A stretch of DNA of 61,977 nt, filler included, from Choristocarpus tenellus KU-1152 (taxonomy: Eukaryota > Protista > Phaeophyceae): NCBI GenBank assembly GCA_964200185.2. It is 6 parts of 6 records of this genome, joined end to end, with 100 filler letters (N's around TTAATTAATTAA, not from the genome) between each part and the next. Parts side by side here need not be neighbours in the genome. Positions count along the whole stretch, not along the records: positions 25,128 to 55,303 come from CAXNAD020000092.1; positions 55,404 to 58,473 come from CAXNAD020022533.1; positions 58,574 to 61,977 come from CAXNAD020020263.1; 3 more parts are not named here. One strand, written 5' to 3'. Within the stretch, counting starts at the first letter, position 1; the number at the start of each line of letters is the position of its first letter. Shown in pieces: positions 52,736 through 61,977 of this stretch. The translations under genes were made by a program, and so were the position numbers. The notes under the pieces are model-generated. The model worked only from the letters and a program-made list of their open reading frames with translations. It was not told the DNA's origin and made no database searches.

Positions 52736-54023
52736 CATACATATTATTATTATTTTGCTGGGTGGCATGATGCAGGGATTGTCATGTAAGAAAATCAAGA
52801 AAAATATAGGGGAGAAGGCAACAACAACAACAACAATGAATAGAATAATAGGGATAATAGAGATCAGAGAAGAGGATTTCAAAGATCATGCAAAGAATTC
52901 AACATTACAAACACAGAAAGAAGGACTACCATGCATATCAGATGCACCAACTTGTATATAAAACAATTGTACCAGAAAACAACAAAAACTGACACTCGAA
53001 GGCGGATAAGAATCAAGAGAAGAATCCTGTTAGTCTGTCAAGCATCTCCTATCCCATTGAAAACCTGGAGTTTGTAGCTTCAACTACAGAAATATCCTGG
53101 ACTTGGTCTCTTGAGCAGTGATTAAATAATTTTGCCTCAACCTGGATTATACACCTCTTCTTCTAAAGCCCTGAGCCCCCCTACCTCCCACGACATAGGT
53201 TGCTTGCTCATCTATAAATAGTTCTGCCTTTGTACCAAGACACCTCAAGCTTTACACTTCGAAGGTGTTGATATTGAACCTGCGGGGGTTGCACTTACAG
53301 GTCTCTCTGCTGCAGCAACACTGACACATTCTTGTTTGATGGGTTGTGGAGGTGGTAGTCCACTTGTACTACAGCAAAGGACACATCGAAGAGTAGTCCC
53401 TTTTCTCTGTAGGGGTGTAGTACCTGCATTGGAGAGAGTCCCTGCACACAAGTTAAGGTACTACGGTGTCAATACTTCTCTGTCGTATACTACAACATAT
53501 CACACAAGTTATGGAATATACATTTGAGGAATGTAAGATAGAACCTATTCAGTCCAAGTACTCAAAACTGTACACTCAATATAAAATACACCGCCAAGTG
53601 ACCAGATCTATACACTCAATACTCCGAGTATATGGATACCTTCCCGCATAACGAATCAGAATGGAGAGTGGTCACCGTTGGGTTCCTTGTGAGTATTACG
53701 CTCTGTTGGACGTTTCAGCAGCAGTAATTCATTCGTCAAGCGTAACTCAAGCACAAATCAAAATGGAGAGATTTTGCATGCAGGGTTTTATAGTTGTTCT
53801 TCCTAGACTGCCTATATTGTCTTGCACTAGGTATACAGGTATCACTCAGATGGTTTTGCGGTGCTATGTCAGGCAGTTGAAGCCTATCGGTGTGCTTTTT
53901 TGGAGGTGAAATGGCAGAGAACCATTTTTTGCATGAAGGCCTCAGCTTCTAGTTCAGGAGTGGGGTTTGTGTTTAATCGTGATCTGCCTTGTTCTCGGGC
54001 TGTGGTGCAAATATATGAGTGAT

Positions 54024-54281
54024 GAGCCAAAGTATCTTAGAGGGTAGAGCCGCGTCCATTTGGGGTCAAAATTCAAAGTTGCAATTTTGATATAATATTG
54101 GCTATTGTGTTTGTTGGGAAGTGTCAATATCCATGTTACAGACACATCTTTTCATAACGTATAGATTCTACCTATTCCTAAACATTTTGAAGTAGGAAAA
54201 TGTCATTAAAAAAAAAATGGGAAGCCAAGCCCTATATAGACAAACAGGACAAACGTCGTACCCTCTAAGATACTTTCACTC
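54024..54281. mobile_element. MITE, long subfamily (258 bp), with 4-bp TSD
   Basis: TIRs GAGCCAAAGTATCTTAGAGGGTA and TACCCTCTAAGATACTTTCACTC; TGAT repeated at 54020-54023 and 54282-54285. Confidence 0.9.
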
Positions 54282-54866
54282 TGATGTGTGGCTCGAAATG
54301 AAAGTTTCGTGTAGGGGGGGGCTTGAATTTAAGCACAATGTGATCTAAGTGCTGTGCCCGTAGAGAGCCTTCTTCGGCTTGCAGAAGTGGAGTGTATGGA
54401 AGGCCGTATTGACAGGTTGTATATTCAGGAGTGTGTTGATGCTGTTGGATCCCTCAAAGAGTTTATTTTGAGCGTCCAGAATGTGTAGACATGATGATAA
54501 GAACGTCTCGATAACATCGCTTTTCAAAGACAATATTGAGTTTACGTATACACTCATTATAGTGAAAGAGGTTTAGAGTCCTGTCGTCCTTATGGAGTGT
54601 AGCAAAATAGTGGACCACCTACTCACTGAAAACTGGTTCCGAATGGTGTTAAATAACATAGTTCCTGTACGTATCCATAGCAAAGATATATATATTATAC
54701 TTTTTGCTGTTTTGGGAGAGTTTATTGATATATTACTGTGGGTATATATGAGGATCAGGGTATTACCCAGATTGCTTGGGTCCTGTTTAACCTGTCCAAG
54801 TCTTGATATCCACCCCCCAATACTCATTACCCAAGGTCGACATATATATCATTCCTTCTTGCCTTT

Positions 54867-55047
54867 GGCTCGAAGTATCTGGGGGTGGGTGTGTCTACAC
54901 CAAGGTGTCTATCCATTAGAGCCTTGACCAGGAAAGGTGCATTTACATTATCCATCCAGCGCACGCAACCAATTCACCCAAAAATCGCGACATGGAAAAA
55001 TTGGCTCCGAATGGACAGCCGGCACCCCCCTCCAGATACTTTGAGCC
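54867..55047. mobile_element. MITE, short subfamily
   Basis: TIRs GGCTCGAAGTATCTGGGGG and CCCTCCAGATACTTTGAGCC; reverse orientation relative to 4836-4989. Confidence 0.85.
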
Positions 55048-55150
55048 TTCCTATTTTTATCGGGAAGAGAGGACAAGGCAGACCAATAACGAAACAGGCA
55101 CTATTCTGGAACAACTTCTATTTCTATTCTTGTCAATGAATACGGTCAGT

Positions 55151-55303
55151 GACCCAAAGTATCTGAGAGGGGGGGGGGGCTCTACACCAAGGTGTCCATT
55201 TGGACCATTATCATTAATGGTGCGGCTACCACCGAGATCTACTCTCTTGCCCCACACGACGCACTTCCGATCACATGAAAAATTTGACCCCAAATGGACA
55301 GCT
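55151..55303. mobile_element. MITE, short subfamily, truncated by the spacer
   Basis: GACCCAAAGTATCTGAGAGGGG..CTACACCAAGGTGTCCATTTGGAC..CAAATGGACAGC. Confidence 0.8.
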
Positions 55304-55403
55304 NNNNNNNNNNNNNNNNNNNNNNNNNNNNNNNNNNNNNNNNNNNNTTAATTAATTAANNNNNNNNNNNNNNNNNNNNNNNNNNNNNNNNNNNNNNNNN
55401 NNN
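55304..55403. other. Artificial contig spacer
   Basis: 44N-TTAATTAATTAA-44N. Confidence 0.97.
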
Positions 55404-55638
55404 ATATTGACACTTGCTAACAAACTCGATAGCCAAAATTATATCAAAATCGCAACATTGGATTTTGGTCCCCAAAAGGAAGGGGGATCACCGACATTTA
55501 CTGCTGAACTCGGGGATATTGGAAAAGAGAACCTGGTGAGTTTACTCGCGCTACCTCAACACCTCTGTTGCAATATGGAGTGAGAACAATTTGTTGAAGT
55601 ATCTCACTCTGCATCCCACCTTTGGTGAATGATTTGTG

Positions 55639-55899
55639 GAGTGAAAGTATCTTGGAGGATACGAGTTTTGTCCTGTATGTCCTTTTGGGGCTTGGCTTCT
55701 CACGGGTTCTTTTATGACATTTTACCTATTCCAAAATCTTTCGAAAGTAGGTATCATGTGTACGTTATGAAAAGGTGTGTTCGCAACAAGTATATTGACA
55801 CTTGCTAACAAACTCGATAGCCAAAATTATATCAAAATCGCAACATTGGATTTTGGTCCCCAAACAGACGTGGCTCTACCCTCTAAGATACTTTGACTC
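55639..55899. mobile_element. MITE, long subfamily, inverted relative to 54024-54281
   Basis: TIRs GAGTGAAAGTATCTTGGAGGATA and TACCCTCTAAGATACTTTGACTC; homologous interior. Confidence 0.88.
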
Positions 55900-56769
55900 G
55901 TTTTGTGTGTTGGTGTAAAAACATGTATAATGGTGTTACAACGGTATATGTTAGTCTTACTTCCCCTGAATGGGGAAGGTGGGGCAGAGAGAACCTACTG
56001 TCATTCCAATATTCATACAGAGCGTGGGATTTGTTATCTTCCAAACCTACCTATGGATCACTCATTGACTTGTCCATAGGAGGTCTAGTGCATCTAGAAC
56101 AATAATCACTTGTCATCAATAATTATTTAATGAATGGGATCGTGTAATGACATGAAAGAAAAATGATGAAATTGGTACTACTCCTACTACAATAAGGTAG
56201 AAATAGAGGGGGAAGGGGGGGAAATGGATCCGTGGACGGGCCATGGAGAATTCTTCAAGACATTGCAATGGGTTTGATGATATGAGACTTGATTGATTTA
56301 TGCCATCTATATCACACTGGAAAAATAAACGCTGTCAAGTCAAACTTAGAACTTCATGCATAGAAATATGGGAGAATTGCTAATGACTGAAAATAGACTC
56401 GAAAATGCGAAACGCCGAAACCATGGGTACCTCTCGTTGTTGATAGTAGTGCCGTGTGAGTATATTTCATTCCACACATTATCCTTATATCTCCCCAACA
56501 AGAACGTTCATACGTCAAAATAAAACATTTTGTTTCACCAAAAAACATTGGAATACCCTCCCAACTTCAAAATCCCAGTCTGGTCCTCAAAAGTTGAGTC
56601 TGTTCTTCAAATTTCCTGTGTGCCCCTTGTGAAGACTCTGTCTGTAAGAGTATTGAGGCTACTGTGCAAAGATGGAGACTCTTGTTGCAGGGTCAGTTGT
56701 ACACATGGGTTACGTGCGACTTCCCAAGGTGACGTTTGGTGAAGTTATAAATGCAAAAACGGAAGCAAG

Positions 56770-58310
56770 GTGGGCTGGAAGAACTGGAAAAATGCCTACA
56801 AGGCAACCTTGAGAAATATAGGATCACAATTGAGGGATGGGATACAGGGGCAATCAACCAACGCAGCTGGTATGGCTGTGCAATTGGAGGCACAACCAGC
56901 TTCATCCAAGGAAATCCAAGCTGTCGGAATAGAGTGTGCTCTCGTGTCTGCTGTTATGAACGTACAACACCGATTGTTACTTTCAAGTACGACTTCTTTT
57001 GTAAACTCTGTGCAACGGTGAAAATGTATTGTGTCATATATAGATTATTTCGAGTAAGACAGAGTTAGTTGTTGGTGGATTATTTATTGATAGCGCTGCT
57101 GATATACTATAGACACCACCAGTGGGATAGACAATAGGATGGAGAGCCAGTGACAGATATACCATATACATCGACTCACTACTCTCCATTGATTTGTGTC
57201 ATGTCCAAGATACACCCGCTCTACTGAAGACAAGTAAATACGTGATTTATAGTAAATTAGTGTGGACGATTGCAAACCCCACACTATAGAAATAGTAATG
57301 GCAGTGTACACCTGTCTCACTCCACAAGCTCAGTCAGTGGAATCGAGACCATAAGCCTCTTGTAAGATTAATATTTTGTATATATATCTACATCAAGGCA
57401 TTTATTGTCCTCTATCAAGGCACACAGCCACAGGTCCAGTGTGGATTATTTCAACACGTTATGTAGCCGACCGATTATTCCTGGGACATTGTGCTGAGCG
57501 ACAAGGCTGGTGGTGAAAGTGTAATAGTGCTCAAGCTGTCTGCCGGCAGCCCCACCAAGGTCACCAACTTCTCCACGTTCGCTGGGAAGTAGGTGTTCGT
57601 AGATAGTGCTGTTGATATACATAGACACCATCGGTGGATTATGTAATGGGATGGAGAGTCAGTGACAGATATATTATATGTACTGACTCATAGNNNNNNN
57701 NNNACGATACACTTTCTATACTGAAGACAAGTAAATAAGCGATTCATAGTAAATTAGTGTGGACGATTACAAACCCCACACTATAGAAATAATAATGGTA
57801 GTCTAGGCTAGTCTCACCCACGTACTCAGTCAGCGGAATCGAGACCATAAGCCCTCTTGTAATATTAACTTTGCATATCTACTTTAAGCTGTTCTTTGTC
57901 CTTCATCAAACCACCAAAGCCGAGAGTCCAGTGCGGGATACTTCAACAGTAGGGAGAGGATTTCTTCGCTTTTGCAGTGAGAGATCAACCTAGCCTTGGA
58001 GTCTATCACAGTGACCTCGCTCTTCATGGCCCCGACATCATCTGTGGGGGATCAGTCTGGGCAGTGGACGTGGAGTCGAGACAGAGACTTCCAGCATGAA
58101 GTTCATCAAGTTCATCAAGTGGGGAAGGAAACGGCCACGTTCTGGTTGTAAGTGCGGAAAGGGAGAGTGCTGGCAAAAAGGGTCAAGGAAAGGGTCGCAT
58201 AGTTTGCTTTATGTGTGGCAAAGATGGCCACACGAGATATGACTGTCCAGATCTTGACCGGGCTGGGCATGCTAGTGCTTCATCAAGACTGGGGGATAAC
58301 ATGGAACATT
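56770..58310 (+). pseudogene. Decayed LTR-retrotransposon (copia-like) gag, interrupted by a TRIM-like insertion and followed by a MITE
   Basis: Zinc knuckle CFMCGKDGHTRYDC (CX2CX4HX4C) at 58205-58246 after a G/K-rich linker. The gag N-terminus-like segment WKNWKNAYKATLRNIGSQLRDGIQG at 56776 is a weaker call. Confidence 0.6.
57070..57948 (+). mobile_element. TRIM-like miniature LTR retrotransposon
   Basis: Direct repeats 57070-57456 (TGTTG...CAACA) and 57594-57948 (TGTTC...CAACA). The 137-bp interior starts CGTTATG (PBS-like) and ends GGGAAGTAGG (PPT-like). Confidence 0.75.
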
Positions 58311-58473
58311 GGCTCAAAGTATCTGGGGGGGGATGGTGGCTGTCTGTTTGGGGTCAATTTTTCATGTCGCGATGTTTGGGTGATTTGGTTGCATACGTCC
58401 GATGTATAATGAACATGCACTTTTCCTGATTTTCGTCCAAATGGACACCCTGGTGTAGACCCCCCCTCCCCCC
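58311..58473. mobile_element. MITE, short subfamily, truncated by the spacer
   Basis: GGCTCAAAGTATCTGGGGGGG..GTCCAAATGGACACCCTGGTGTAGACCCCCC. Confidence 0.82.
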
Positions 58474-58573
58474 NNNNNNNNNNNNNNNNNNNNNNNNNNN
58501 NNNNNNNNNNNNNNNNNTTAATTAATTAANNNNNNNNNNNNNNNNNNNNNNNNNNNNNNNNNNNNNNNNNNNN
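58474..58573. other. Artificial contig spacer
   Basis: 44N-TTAATTAATTAA-44N. Confidence 0.97.
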
Positions 58574-58786
58574 CCCCCGCCCCCCCCCCCAACCTCTCTA
58601 CCGGAGAGCATGGCACACCGACGAAAACTTCCAACGCAATAAAAATAAAAACAAAAACAAAAACAAAAAATACCTCAATAAATAATACTACTGCATTTTT
58701 TTTTCTGACTCTACAGAAGAAGCCCCTAACTAACTAACCCCATCAACCGATCGAATCGATCAATTCCTAAGGACAGTCCTCCTTAC

Positions 58787-61306
58787 CTGTAAGCAATACC
58801 CCCGTTCATCTGCCTCGCCACAGTCTCCCCATTGGAGGAGATGAGCAACATGCGCCTCCCCTCCGGGCGAGCAGTCACATACCACCCTGGTATGTATGTG
58901 TCCATCACCAGACGTTCAAACGTGAGAGGAGAGGTTGAAACGCCGCATTACCATTAGCAACTCCTGTGTGGGGGTCTCTTAGATTGAGGGGCGAGGGAGG
59001 GCCTCAGGGTCCCCCCACAGAGCACCTTGAATTCTTGAGTGACCCTGACCCTGATGCTCGCTCAGGGTTTGACACAAGTCCAAGACCTCACCCATACCCT
59101 GTCCCTAACCCTGTCCCTAACCCTAACCCTAACCCTAACCCTAACATCCTGAACCTAACCCTAACCCTAACCCCATCCCTAACCCTAACATCCTGAACCT
59201 AACCTGAGGTACAGACTCAGTAACCTTGATTTGCTCTCGCAAGAAGTCTCCACACTTTAAAAAAAAAAAAAAAAAAAAAAAGTGTTGAGCAGCACTCCAA
59301 TTATTACCTTATTTCTCCAAGGGCAAGTCATGATAGAATAGGAAAAAGGGATAGCAACTTCTTTTTTTTTCTCACTAAAGGTGGGATTACTGCGCATGCA
59401 AATAAAATCCAGGGACTATGCCACAAGCAGATGATGCAGGTCTCAGATCAAGTATGCTCCCACAATAACACTAATACAGTCTCCTAACCCAAAAACATGC
59501 CTATCATCCCTAACCCTAACCCTGGAATCTCATTCTTGTTAGCGACATCAATGTGGTCTCACCCTCTCCAGTGCGGCTCCCCTTCCCATCAAGATCTGTG
59601 GGAACAGAGAGCATCCATTCCGGTGAGCACAGCTGGGTTGCCCAGTATCCAGAACGTGCTGCCATCTGAGCCTTGCTCCCCTTACCCTTTCCATTGGTCC
59701 TTGCCTTCCTGTTTCGACTACCTTTTTTGTGGTGCCTATGTTGCTGGCAATTCTCCTCCTGAATGGGCAGTACCGGAAATAATTGCTGAAAGGATTTAGG
59801 GTCCATATAGGTTACACTCCATTTTGGAGGGTTTTATCTTTGGGTGACATAATGTGGCAACATCTGAGGATCATAGAATGACTAAAAATAGTTGGTTGGG
59901 GCTACAGAAGTCAAGGCACCTCAGAAAGGTAAGTCCTCTAAACTGGGGAGAAAGATCAGATCTTCAAAAACTATCATTCAGCTGCAACTAAGTTACTTTC
60001 TTGGCATTGGCATTGAGTCCGAAATCAAGGAGCAGGACATTGCTGTTTTAACTACTTCACCAGAACAGAACATGAGGGCGCCCTGCAAACAACTTTTAGG
60101 TGGACAAGCTCACAAAAGTATCAAATAATGGGCAGCAAATTACGTTTAGGTGAGCCAAACAGTACCTGTCGGTTTCGTCGATTTGCGACTAATTCGATAT
60201 TACGATTGATATGTAAATGTGGCTCGTTGCAAAAGCTCTGAAACCTAGTCGAAACAAATGACCACGGAGTACGATTACTTCACGAGAAATAAGGAGAGAC
60301 TGAAAAGACTACGGATGGTTTAAAGAGTTCAAGGTCTAAAGGGCGTATTGACAATGACTGATGAAGGTGAATATTACACGACCAGCGTTTTGTTGTAAAG
60401 TCTTACCCCATAGTATGCCTTTATAAAGGTATCATTCTATATTGCTCACAAGGCACCTGCATGCTACATCATACGTCATAGATGACTGAACCTTCAAATG
60501 AACTTTCTTGGTAAGCATTGCATTTTTGAATTTGGCATGTTACTCACAATAACGTACAGCGCGGCAGTCGCCCCAATAATGACGGATAAATATCTTCGAC
60601 CTTCTATCGGTACAAAAACTAACCTGGCCCTCTAACAACATCACATCCTCTTCCATTGTCGACGACTGGTCCGAGCTGCAACTCGATTCCACCAACCCCT
60701 CACAGGCAGGGAGAGGGGAAGCGGGACCACAGTCACTGCCACTGTCAGGTTCGCCAGACGAATGTGATCCCCCCGATTCAGCATCACGGGGATCAACCTC
60801 TGCAATACTGTAAGTCTTCGCATCTCCAGAGGTAGAACCAACAGGATCACTTGCAAGGATCAGGAGTCGGCCATGGTCTGATAGGTTCCGCCGTGCCTGC
60901 AGCACATATAATTGATGGGAAAGGAATCAGTTGCAACGACGAAATTGCAGCATAAGGCAGCGGGAACTAGTGAAAGGCCTAGTGGGGTGGAGATTGGAGG
61001 ATTCAAACAAACACCAAACGAAAGTACTCCAGAACGACGTCGCTTGAGCTAGGAACTAGATCAGCTCGCAACTGCACTAGCACCTGTTGTTCAAGTAAAT
61101 TGTCTTCCCCAACAGCTTGTCGCCAAAGGAAATATACGCAGGTGAAATGTACTGAGGAAATGCAAGAACCAGGATATTGTACAGAACTGTACGACCTGCT
61201 TCTGTCGCAACATGAATTCCTTCCGACGACGCTCTTGCGCACTTGTTGCAGCCATCCTCTTGAAACCCTCCCTCCTTGAACCTACACCTGTCCCGTTGCA
61301 GCTCAT
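58787..61306 (-). CDS. SNUPN: Snurportin-1 (m3G-cap snRNP import adaptor), first four exons
   Basis: Exons 61306-61196 (RREGFK..AQERRRKEFMLRQKQ, importin-beta-binding-like), 60896-60624 (ARRNLSDHGRLL), 59785-59563 (WATQLCSPEWMLSVPTDL) and 58886-58787 (WYVTARPEGRRMLLISSNGETVARQMNG). Phases are consistent; the 3' exons lie beyond the spacer. Confidence 0.88.
59096..59205. repeat. Interstitial telomere-type (CCCTAA)n tract in a snurportin intron
   Basis: CCCTGTCCCTAACCCTGTCCCTAACCCTAACCCTAACCCTAACCCTAA.., with two CATCCTGAACCTAACC interruptions. Confidence 0.85.
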
Positions 61307-61804
61307 CGTGCTCGCTCACTTCTGAGAAAAGATGAGCCACCCTCACAGGTTTGATTTCCAAGTTGATAGAGGTCGTTTTGTTATGTGGTACGAAGGCGTT
61401 GTTGACTTTATCTTCAATAAGGTGGTACGAGTAACTTCGCCCTTTGTGGCAATCGAGTTTTTTTTACCAGAACGCCAAAACAGTTATATAATGTATATAT
61501 CAAATGAAGGTTATGACAAGAGCTTTTGAAGGCTTGTATCCACGAATGTCCAGGCTCCGGGGAACGGGAGCTATGTCCCAATCAAAGAATGACAAAAACG
61601 TGGGGAAACATATTTCCCAATTTTGAAGGTCACGACTTCAAAACGGACAAAAATGAAGTGGTTGACCGAACTCCTTGTAAAAACCTGGTCTGGGAGAGTC
61701 GATGCCCAAGTTCGACTGGTGTGGCGATACCGAAAAAAAAGAAAGTTTTCCGGACATATTTTTAACGCCTTTTGCAGCCTTTCTGTGAGCACACACACGC
61801 GTGA

Positions 61805-61977
61805 GAGTGAAGGTATCTTAGAGGGTACGAGTTTTGCCCTGTCTGCTGTCCATTTGGGACTTGGCTTCCAATGGGTTCTTTTATGACATTTTCCTACTCC
61901 AAAATGTTTAGGAGTAGGTAAAGTGCGTGTGTTATGAAAAGGTGTGTCCGCAACATGGATATTAACACTTCCTACCA
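61805..61977. mobile_element. MITE, long subfamily, cut by the window end
   Basis: GAGTGAAGGTATCTTAGAGGGTACGAGTTTTG..; collinear with the element starting at 55639. Confidence 0.85.

Noticed and set aside
55404-55476. Exact duplicate of ~55792-55864
   Set aside because: It is a MITE interior at a contig edge, so it is either another family copy or an assembly artefact, not an independent feature.
61528-61785. Possible additional ~255-bp TIR element upstream of SNUPN
   Set aside because: The terminal match (GAAGGCTTG versus GCAGCCTTTC) is too short and no second copy is present in the window.

Overview
Intron-rich eukaryotic nuclear DNA, not prokaryotic. It is most likely a photosynthetic stramenopile such as a brown alga; this is an inference from GT-AG introns of 0.1-4 kb, CCCTAA telomere-type repeats, a secreted F5/8-type protein and the retroelement types present. 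The window is six contigs joined by artificial 100-nt spacers (44 N + TTAATTAATTAA + 44 N), so adjacency across those joins is unproven. Genes reconstructed by splicing exons by eye are: the 3' part of a GH2 beta-galactosidase; a complete 9-exon coiled-coil gene with KEN/D-box motifs; the 3' exons of CDC123; the first exon of a secreted F5/8-type C (CBM32-like) protein; an R2R3-Myb factor; RPS17; a START-like lipid-binding protein with a C-terminal membrane anchor; and the 5' exons of snurportin-1. Intergenic DNA contains a clan of about 150-280 bp TIR elements sharing an AAAGTATCT-(T/G)(A/G)(G/A)-GGG-type terminus (two copies with 4-bp TSDs), Stowaway-like MITEs, a foldback element, a TRIM-like mini LTR element nested in a copia gag remnant, and decayed copia and RLE-type non-LTR fragments. 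The most interesting signals are a degenerate R3H-like insertion in the beta-galactosidase, the TIR clan, the TRIM, and a CpG-rich 5' end versus CpG-poor gene body pattern. No rRNA, tRNA or CRISPR array was recognised.
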